A stretch of 64,000 nt of DNA, from positions 156,199 to 220,198 of the forward strand of contig CAZRBB010000001.1 in NCBI GenBank assembly GCA_964598205.1. The letters run 5' to 3'. Positions 56,962 to 64,000 of the stretch are shown one piece after another (within the stretch, counting starts at the first letter, position 1; each line of letters opens with the position of its first letter). Below the pieces are notes generated by a model. It had not been told where the DNA came from, made no database searches, and saw only the letters and a program-made list of their open reading frames with translations. This DNA comes from an uncultured Candidatus Saccharibacteria bacterium. Its GTDB lineage: Bacteria > Patescibacteriota > Minisyncoccia > CAIUEV01 > JAHKAQ01. Both the position numbers and the translations under genes were made by a program.

Positions 56962-57933
56962 ATGGCCAAAAAAGAAATTATTATCTATCAATCAAAAAAC
57001 GGTGCTCTTAGGTTTAGGGGAGATTTTAAAAAGGAGACTATTTGGGCGAGCTTGCAACAAATTGCCAATCTTTTTGAAACCGACAAATCCGGTATCTCTC
57101 GCCATATTCAAAATATTTATCAAACTGGTGAATTGGAACCAAAGGCAACTGTTGCAAAAATTGCAACAGTTCAAACCGAGGGGAATCGAACAGTAAAAAG
57201 GGAAATTGAGTATTACAATTTGGATCTGATTCTTTCTGTAGGATATCGTGTCAATTCCAAAACAGCCACGAAGTTTCGCCAGTGGGCAACCAAGACACTG
57301 CGCGAGCATATTGTTACGGGCTACACCATCAACAAAAAGCAAATCGCTAAAAATTACGCTCAATTTTTACAAGCAGTTGAATCGGTAAAAAAGCTGTTGC
57401 CGGCCGGCGGGCAAATCGAGGTAGGAGACACGCTGGAGCTGGTTAAAATGTTTGCCAATACTTGGATGTCTTTGGATGCGTACGATAAGTCTTCCCTGCC
57501 CAAATCCGGCTCAACCAAAAAACAAGCCAAAATAACGGCGGAAGAATTAACGGAAGCAATCGCGGAATTAAAGAGGGACTTACAAAAGAAAAAGGAAGCT
57601 ACGGAACTTTTTGCCCAAGAACGCCAAAAAGAAGCGATTGCCGGTATTGTGGGGAATGTATTTCAATCGGTTTTTAGTCGCGACGCTTACGAAACGCTGG
57701 AAGAAAAATCGGCGCATCTGCTTTACTTTTTTGTAAAAAATCATCCGTTCGTTGACGGCAACAAAAGAAGCGGAGCGTTTGCGTTTGTATGGTTTTTAAA
57801 TAAAGCTGGGCTTTTACAAAAAGACAGAATGTCTCCCGAAGCGCTGACTGCGCTTACGCTTTTAGTAGCTGAAAGCAATCCTAAAGACAAAGACAAAATG
57901 ATCGGCCTAGTGTTGCAACTGCTTAAGAGGTAA
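56962..57933 (+). CDS. RhuM-family N-terminal domain fused to a Doc/Fic-fold domain (death-on-curing-like)
   Basis: N-terminus IIIYQSKNGALRFRGDFKKETIWASLQQIANLFETDKSGISRHI (RhuM). C-terminus NHPFVDGNKRSGAF (Doc-type HxFx(D/N)GNKR). Start at ATG 56962. Confidence 0.8.
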   Translation: MAKKEIIIYQSKNGALRFRGDFKKETIWASLQQIANLFETDKSGISRHIQNIYQTGELEPKATVAKIATVQTEGNRTVKREIEYYNLDLILSVGYRVNSKTATKFRQWATKTLREHIVTGYTINKKQIAKNYAQFLQAVESVKKLLPAGGQIEVGDTLELVKMFANTWMSLDAYDKSSLPKSGSTKKQAKITAEELTEAIAELKRDLQKKKEATELFAQERQKEAIAGIVGNVFQSVFSRDAYETLEEKSAHLLYFFVKNHPFVDGNKRSGAFAFVWFLNKAGLLQKDRMSPEALTALTLLVAESNPKDKDKMIGLVLQLLKR

Positions 57934-58109
57934 AGATAACAAAAGCGATTAGCTACATTCTCTTTCCCCTAAATGTCGGCCAGAGAAAAGTTTTCACTGT
58001 CAATGAAAACAATCCCAGAATAGTTTTCAATATAAATGAAAACATTTGCTTTAAAAAAGTCATCAGGAAAAAGCACCATGGTTGATAGTTGACTGTAAAC
58101 TGTAAACTA

Positions 58110-58604
58110 ATGAAAAATAAATTAAGAAAATCAGTTATTGTGACTTTTTTCCTCCTGATGTTATTAAGCGTTTCCGTATCTTTATTTAATTTTTGGCAAA
58201 TAAAAAATCTAAAGAGAACTAGCAACGCAAGGATAGAAGAGCTGGAATACTTCTACAATGATTTTAGGGAGATTTCTAGAAAAGAACCAAAGAAGAATAT
58301 ACCGGAAGAAATTTCTCCGGAAAACACAGAAAAAGCCTGGGCAATTCATGAGCAGGATAACGAAAACTTAAAAGAAAGATCGCTGAAACTTTCTCCAGAC
58401 GGAACAAAGAAGGCTTATTTTCAGGAAAAGTTTATCTCAGATATTAAAGATATTGGGAATACCGATTATATTTCTTTAATCGTAGAGAAAAAAAACGGGG
58501 ATAATGAAATCTATTTCAAATTCCACCGCCCAAACCCTATCAAAACCCCATATAATTTGGTACAATTACCACATCAAGCAAGAGTAAAACTGCAAAATAC
58601 TTAA
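58110..58604 (+). CDS. Hypothetical signal-anchored protein
   Basis: N-terminal TM helix. The 3' end overlaps a conserved 40-nt intergenic motif, so the real stop may be earlier. Confidence 0.35.
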   Translation: MKNKLRKSVIVTFFLLMLLSVSVSLFNFWQIKNLKRTSNARIEELEYFYNDFREISRKEPKKNIPEEISPENTEKAWAIHEQDNENLKERSLKLSPDGTKKAYFQEKFISDIKDIGNTDYISLIVEKKNGDNEIYFKFHRPNPIKTPYNLVQLPHQARVKLQNT

Positions 58605-58622
58605 TATTTTAGCGTTCAGAAA

Positions 58623-58874
58623 ATGACCCAAGACGATCTAGGAAAATATTTCTGGGATGTTGATGTTAAAGAGATTGATTTTGGCAAACATGCCCGTTTT
58701 GTTATTGAAAGAATCCTAAATTTTGGTAACGAAGAATCTGTTAGATGGCTACGAAAGCGCTATTCCGACAATGAAATAAAAGAGGTCGTTTTAAAGAGTA
58801 GAAATTTAAATAAAAAAGCTCGTAATTTTTGGAACATCATTTTTCAAATTAATTTTTCTAAGAACAATGGATAA
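58623..58874 (+). CDS. Small protein upstream of, and overlapping, the AbiEii-like nucleotidyltransferase; putative cognate antitoxin
   Basis: 83 aa. 8-nt overlap with the downstream gene, typical of TA pairs. Family not recognised. Confidence 0.4.
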   Translation: MTQDDLGKYFWDVDVKEIDFGKHARFVIERILNFGNEESVRWLRKRYSDNEIKEVVLKSRNLNKKARNFWNIIFQINFSKNNG

Positions 58875-59511
58875 TAATCTTCATTTGGAAGTTTTGCCGG
58901 AAGATCAGAGGCTATTATTACAAAAATTAGCAAAGGAAGACTGGCTTGGGGATTTTTATTTGGCCGGAGGAACGGCCTTGGCCTTGCAAATAGGACACCG
59001 CGAATCTATTGATTTTGATTTCTTTTCTAAAAAAGAATTTGGGCATCAAGAGATTATTCAAAAGCTGGAGAGAATCGGTTCCTTTGAATTGTTTCAGGGA
59101 GATGAGGGCACTATCAATGGTCGGCTTTCAGAAATTCGGATTTCTTTTTTTTACTACAAGTACAAAATCGTAGAAGATCCAATAGTTTATGAAAAATTAA
59201 ACATTGCCAATAAGCTTGATATTGCTCTTATGAAATTAGAAGCCATCTCGGGCCGTGGTAGTCGTAAGGATTTTATTGACCTTTATTTTCTCTTAAGAGA
59301 GTTTTCCTTAGAAAGACTATATTCTGATTATCCTCTAAAATACGGCCAAGGATTGGATAATAAATATCACTTATTAAAATCTCTAGCCTATTTTGAAGAC
59401 GCGGAAAAAGAACCTATGCCAAAAATGCTCATTTCTATTGATTGGGAAAAAATAAAATCGGCAATCTTAAAAGAGGTTGGCACAATTGAACAAAACATTT
59501 TAAAAGAATAA
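58867..59511 (+). CDS. Nucleotidyltransferase, AbiEii/DUF1814-like toxin family
   Basis: FYLAGGTALALQIGHRESIDFDFF matches the GGTAL...HR.S.DiDf motif of PF08843-type nucleotidyltransferases. Confidence 0.65.
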   Translation: MDNNLHLEVLPEDQRLLLQKLAKEDWLGDFYLAGGTALALQIGHRESIDFDFFSKKEFGHQEIIQKLERIGSFELFQGDEGTINGRLSEIRISFFYYKYKIVEDPIVYEKLNIANKLDIALMKLEAISGRGSRKDFIDLYFLLREFSLERLYSDYPLKYGQGLDNKYHLLKSLAYFEDAEKEPMPKMLISIDWEKIKSAILKEVGTIEQNILKE

Positions 59512-59584
59512 ATTTTCACCCCCGCACTCTAATAAAAGAGATACGAGGGTGAGTTGTTTTGTTCGGCTGGGTTTTGTTGCAATG

Positions 59585-59938
59585 TTAATCCATTACAATA
59601 ATAATTGTTCGCTCGGTCCGACCAAAGCGAACAATCTGTCCTGCTAGTCTTTCTATAATTCCCCTAATTCCTTGGCGCTCCTTGCCAAGGGTGGTACCAA
59701 AAACATTTTTTCCTTCTACCACCACCACCAGCTGGTCAAATCCCTTGTCAGGACAGCTATAGCTGGCGTTGCCGGTAAAGGAATGAAAGGTTATTCCGTA
59801 CCCTCCTTGAATCGTCTCATAAGTTTCTACGTAACCCAAGGGAAGTACTGCCTCTGCCTCTGCCTTTGCCGGATCGTTTATGAGCATTAATCCCAAAAAA
59901 AATAATCCAACAAATAAATTTTTTAAAAATTTCTTCAT
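59585..59938 (-). CDS. Hypothetical secreted protein
   Basis: Signal peptide (MKKFLKNLFVGLFFLGLMLINDPAKA). 117 aa. Confidence 0.4.
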   Translation of the reverse strand: MKKFLKNLFVGLFFLGLMLINDPAKAEAEAVLPLGYVETYETIQGGYGITFHSFTGNASYSCPDKGFDQLVVVVEGKNVFGTTLGKERQGIRGIIERLAGQIVRFGRTERTIIIVMD

Positions 59939-60131
59939 AAGGTTCTCCTTTTTTTGTTCCCACCCATCCGAACACCTGATTCTAGTCCATACAATTTTTG
60001 TTTACAAGGTTATTATAATTAAGTGACCAAGTATTTCTTTTTTGTTAAAATGATTTAGAAGTGTAGCAATTGTATTTTTTAAAGGTTGTTAAAACATTTT
60101 GAATAATTCTATTAACTAAATTTAATCAATT

Positions 60132-60956
60132 ATGCAATCCAAAAGATTTTTTTTCGCAACGGTTTTTTCCTTCTTTGTCTTGGTTCTTGCCGGCTGTTCG
60201 GCAGAGTCCGAAGCCACCAATCCTCTAGATCCAGAAGTCTTAAGAAAGGCAGGAAGTTCTGTGAACCAGGATAATAATTTGGAAAATAAAAGAGATCAAA
60301 GAAAAGAGCTGAGCATTGCCGGAGGGGATCTTCCTGCTCCTGATTCGGCAAAAGAACCCGACTCAGCCCAAAAACCAACGACTACCGAACAAAAAACCCT
60401 AAATAATAAAAATTCACCAACAAATATGGACAATCAAAAACCAGTTCCCCAAAATTCCGACTATGCTTCTAAGTATAAATCGGCAGTGATCAAAACTAAT
60501 TTAGGAGAAATTAAAGTTTCCTTTTTCGGCGCCGATTCACCAAAAACGGTCAATAACTTTTTAAAACTAGCTAACGAAGGCTTTTACAACAAAACAACTT
60601 TTCACAGGGTGATTAAGGATTTTATGATTCAAGGCGGTGATCCGCTATCTAAAGACGACGACTGGTCCAATGACGGCACCGGTGGTCCTGGGTACAGCTT
60701 TGCCGATGAGTTTAACGATCATAAGCTAGTGCGTGGTTCCTTAGCCATGGCCAATTCCGGCCCCAATACTAATGGCTCGCAATTCTTTATTGTTACCGCC
60801 GAACAAACACCTCATTTAGACGGCAAGCACACTAATTTTGGAGAAGTCACCGAAGGAATGGCAGTTTTAGATAAAATAGAAAATCAAAAGACTAACAACA
60901 ACGATCATCCCTTGGTAAATGTGGTAATCGAGGGGATTGAGCTATTAGAAAAATAA
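60132..60956 (+). CDS. ppiB: Peptidyl-prolyl cis-trans isomerase, cyclophilin type, lipoprotein with disordered linker
   Basis: Lipobox VLAGCS. FHRVIKDFMIQGGDP and SLAMANSGPNTNGSQFFI cyclophilin motifs. Confidence 0.85.
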   Translation: MQSKRFFFATVFSFFVLVLAGCSAESEATNPLDPEVLRKAGSSVNQDNNLENKRDQRKELSIAGGDLPAPDSAKEPDSAQKPTTTEQKTLNNKNSPTNMDNQKPVPQNSDYASKYKSAVIKTNLGEIKVSFFGADSPKTVNNFLKLANEGFYNKTTFHRVIKDFMIQGGDPLSKDDDWSNDGTGGPGYSFADEFNDHKLVRGSLAMANSGPNTNGSQFFIVTAEQTPHLDGKHTNFGEVTEGMAVLDKIENQKTNNNDHPLVNVVIEGIELLEK

Positions 60957-60966
60957 AAATAATTTT

Positions 60967-62709
60967 TTATTCCCCGCATTCTTGATAAAGCGCCCTAGTA
61001 CAACCACGGCACTTCTCTTTTTCAATGTATCTTTTAAAGGCCATCTTAATTGCTGCGGTAGTGTCTACTGCGATTCTTTTTTGAACTCGTCGAATAACTC
61101 CACTAGTCAAAAGAACTTCTCTGACCGCCGGTTTTATATTGGTAAAAATGACTTTTACTTTCTTTTCTTCTATTTTTTCTAAGAATTTTTCTAAAGCATG
61201 AACGCCACTGGCATCGAGTATCTCTACGCCTTTCATGCGGATAATAATTACTCTTTCGTTTCCGTTATGAATATCTCTTAATTTGTCTTCTAATTCTGCC
61301 ATTGCTCCAAAAAATAATGGGCCGTCTATTTGATAAACAGAAAGTTGAGGGCACCCTTCTTCATTGTTTTGGCATTCGTAAAGTTTTCGGCAAGGGCCCT
61401 TAGGAATAACTTTAGTGACTTGAGGATGGGAAACTTTTTTTAAAAACAGAGCTAAAGAAAAAAGAACACCAATATAAACTGCCATTTCTAATTCTAAAAG
61501 AAGAGTTGAAAGAAGAGTGGTTAAAAAAACAACTCGATCGGCGGTAGTGGCTTTCCAAGAAAGGGCGACTGCCTTTTTGTCTACCATGGAATAAGCAATC
61601 ACAATAATAATTCCGGCCAAGCTAGCAATGGGAATATTTTTTGCAAAAGGAGCTAGCGCTAAGAGGATAAAGAGAATAAACAGGCCAGAACCAATGCCAG
61701 ACAAGCGAGTTTTGGCGCCGGACTGAAAATTGACTGCCGAGCGAGTAAAGGAGCCACTTCCAGGAATAGAAGATGAAAAGGCGGCTAACGCATTAGCCGA
61801 TCCCTGAGCAATTAATTCCCGATTACCGTTTATTTTTTCACCGCTGGCACTGGCGATTGATTTAGAAATAGAAAAAGCTTCTACGATTCCCAAGATTCCA
61901 ATTGCTAAAGCAGAAGGAAAAAGCACGCGGATATTTTCTGGATCAAGGGAAAAATGAGAAAAGGGTGGTGGTGTTTGCGGAATGGTGCCGATTATTTTCA
62001 CTCCATTTTTCTCTAATCCCAAAAACGCTGTTAAAGATCCGCAAATAATAAGCACCAAAAGTGCCCCCGGAATTTTCTTAGAAATCTTTTTTAAAATCAA
62101 AATAAAGAAAATACTAAAAACTCCCAGAAAAAGAGACCAATTGTTAGTTTCCCGAAGATGGGAAAAAGTATTTCCCAGGTTGTCTAAAAAATGAGGACTA
62201 GCGGCAAACTTTAATCCCAACAGATTCTTTAATTGATTAACGCTAATTAGTAAACCAGCGCCAAAAGTAAAACCAACAACCACTGAGTGAGAAACAAAAT
62301 TAACTAAGCTACCAAATTTTATTAATCCTAAAAAAATCTGAACAAGACCAACCAAGAAAGAGAGTAGAAAAACAATCTCTATTTTTTGTGCTTCTGGTAA
62401 TGAATTGGCAATCGTTCCAGCAATAACCGTACTGGCCATGGTAGAAGAAACTACCATGGAAATAGCATTGGTGGGCCCAGCAATCAAAAAACGAGAGCTA
62501 CCTAAAATAGAAGAAATAATTACCGGAAGAATACAGGAATAAAGGCCGTACTTAGGATGGACTCCTGCAATCAAGGCATAGGCCATGGATTGCGGTAAGG
62601 CAATAACGGCAACTGTTAGGGCAGAAACAATGTCTGCCTTGAGCTTAATAAAATTATAATCAATAAGATCCGGAAAAAATTGGCCAAAACTCACTACCTT
62701 TAATCTCAT
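60967..62709 (-). CDS. SulP-family anion permease with C-terminal STAS domain and Cys-rich tail
   Basis: ALTVAVIALPQSMAYALIAG SulP signature region, multiple TM helices, STAS domain, C-terminal CRGCTRALYQECGE. Confidence 0.85.
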   Translation of the reverse strand: MRLKVVSFGQFFPDLIDYNFIKLKADIVSALTVAVIALPQSMAYALIAGVHPKYGLYSCILPVIISSILGSSRFLIAGPTNAISMVVSSTMASTVIAGTIANSLPEAQKIEIVFLLSFLVGLVQIFLGLIKFGSLVNFVSHSVVVGFTFGAGLLISVNQLKNLLGLKFAASPHFLDNLGNTFSHLRETNNWSLFLGVFSIFFILILKKISKKIPGALLVLIICGSLTAFLGLEKNGVKIIGTIPQTPPPFSHFSLDPENIRVLFPSALAIGILGIVEAFSISKSIASASGEKINGNRELIAQGSANALAAFSSSIPGSGSFTRSAVNFQSGAKTRLSGIGSGLFILFILLALAPFAKNIPIASLAGIIIVIAYSMVDKKAVALSWKATTADRVVFLTTLLSTLLLELEMAVYIGVLFSLALFLKKVSHPQVTKVIPKGPCRKLYECQNNEEGCPQLSVYQIDGPLFFGAMAELEDKLRDIHNGNERVIIIRMKGVEILDASGVHALEKFLEKIEEKKVKVIFTNIKPAVREVLLTSGVIRRVQKRIAVDTTAAIKMAFKRYIEKEKCRGCTRALYQECGE

Positions 62710-62830
62710 TTTGATTTTTATTAGGAAAGTTTATTAAGAAACAAAAAACTTCTCCCCCAAAAAGGAAGAAGGTTTTAAAATGTTGCTTTTAATACTACTT
62801 AAGTAGGTTGTGGTCGTCAAACCAAGCAAA

Positions 62831-63646
62831 CTATTCTATTTTTCCTAAAAGCTTAATTTGGACTTTTATTTTTTTACCCAGAATAGCTTGAACTAATTTT
62901 GGAGAATTAGAACTCCAATCAGAAAACCAATACTCATCTTCTGGGGTTTCTTTTTTGTGCGAGTGATCGGGGTTTTGGATAGATAGTTCTTCAGCCAGAG
63001 CCATTGACCCTTCTAAAAGAGAGACATTTTTTCCTAGAACTTTTTTAATAATCGGTTTTAAAAGAGGGTAGTGAGTGCAGCCCAAAACCAAGGCATTGAT
63101 TTTCTTTTTTTTGAGAGGAGTAAGGTATTTTATTGCCGCATCTAGAGAGATCTTATTTTTGAATAGACCTTCTTCTACAATCGGCACAAAAAGCGGACAG
63201 GCCACAGAGAAAGCCGTTACTCTTGGGCAGGCTATTTTAATTTCTTTAGGATAGGCCCGACTCTTAATTGTTCCATTGGTGCCTATTATTCCTAAGCGAT
63301 ATTTTTTTTGGGGAGATTTTAAGAAAAACAAAGAAGCTTCTTTTTCTATCTTTCTTACTGCCGGAGAAATAACATCGTAAAAACAAATAGTGGGAAATTT
63401 TTTGCAAAGATGATCATAGGCTAGCGCCGAAGCAGTATTACAAGCAATAACTATTTTCTTTGCTCCTCGGCTAATTAAAAAATCAGCCACTTCTTCGGCA
63501 TATTTACAAACTGTTGCCGGACTTTTATCTCCCCAAGGAACTCTGGCGGTGTCGCCGAAATAAATTATTTTTTCGTTTCCTAATTTTTTCTTAATTTCTT
63601 TTAGAACAGTTAGGCCACCAAGGCCACTATCAAAAACACCAAGCAT
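62831..63646 (-). CDS. murI: Glutamate racemase
   Basis: LGVFDSGLGGLTV, CNTASA and LGCTHYPLL (two catalytic Cys motifs). Confidence 0.9.
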   Translation of the reverse strand: MLGVFDSGLGGLTVLKEIKKKLGNEKIIYFGDTARVPWGDKSPATVCKYAEEVADFLISRGAKKIVIACNTASALAYDHLCKKFPTICFYDVISPAVRKIEKEASLFFLKSPQKKYRLGIIGTNGTIKSRAYPKEIKIACPRVTAFSVACPLFVPIVEEGLFKNKISLDAAIKYLTPLKKKKINALVLGCTHYPLLKPIIKKVLGKNVSLLEGSMALAEELSIQNPDHSHKKETPEDEYWFSDWSSNSPKLVQAILGKKIKVQIKLLGKIE

Positions 63647-64000
63647 TTTTTTTAAATAAAAATCATGTTCACTTTTTATAGCACATCTTTATTCAATTAT
63701 GAATTACGAATTTTGAATTTCGAAATAATTTAGAATTTAAAATTCGTAGTTCAATCGAAATTTCTAATTAACCACCAGCATAATTTAAATTCAAGAGGAG
63801 ACGCTCAATTTTTTCCGGCGAAAAATTTCGCTAGAATATTGGAAAAATTTTCGGAACCGAAAATATTTTCAAAGAGCATGCTCAACGGTTAATTCAAAAC
63901 AGACAAAATTTCACCTAGAGTCTTATTGAGGTTGTATTTAGAATTGGTAAATTTTTTTGAAGAAAATGAAATTCATAATAGTGACGAGGGTGAAAATATT

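Overview
AT-rich bacterial chromosome segment. Gene content and style (small genome-like compaction, many short hypothetical proteins, TTG starts, peptidoglycan and division genes alongside a fermentative [FeFe]-hydrogenase) suggest a CPR/Patescibacteria-like organism. This lineage guess is inference only. Core genes I can support from sequence motifs: a trimeric HydABC-type [FeFe]-hydrogenase locus (NuoE-like, NuoF-like, HydA) with a divergent TM1266-like ACT regulator; gap; a pilin-like gene; an amidohydrolase; murD; ComEC split into two ORFs; rlmN; clpP; tig; a DHH phosphoesterase; nusA; an ArsP-like permease with an ArsR-like regulator; a P-type cation ATPase; tyrS; a type II R-M pair (C5-MTase plus putative REase); a short SMC; an OmpR-type two-component pair; a fused tandem D-Ala-D-Ala ligase; ApbE with a ferric-reductase-like haem membrane protein; khpA; trmD; ftsW-murG-murC-murB; proS; mreB; a cyclophilin; a SulP permease; murI. 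RNA genes: tRNA-Ser(CGA), tRNA-Arg(CCG), an initiator-like tRNA-Met(CAT) and tRNA-Arg(TCT). The most interesting content is non-canonical. (1) Several families of GC-rich, strongly structured intergenic repeats in an otherwise AT-rich genome. One is a 117-118 nt element present twice, with an identical 81-nt core flanked by different but perfectly complementary 18-19 bp stems. Another is a tandem pair of ~135-nt GC-rich hairpin units after tRNA-Arg(TCT) showing compensatory stem changes. (2) A tRNA-adjacent accessory island (52.8-59.5 kb) carrying a winged-helix-PRTase protein next to a DUF2130 (PD-(D/E)xK-like) protein, a class II Fic, a RhuM-Doc fusion and an AbiEii-like nucleotidyltransferase pair. 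The TA-like modules share a conserved promoter-like motif. All calls are from reading the sequence and translated ORFs; no database searches were run.
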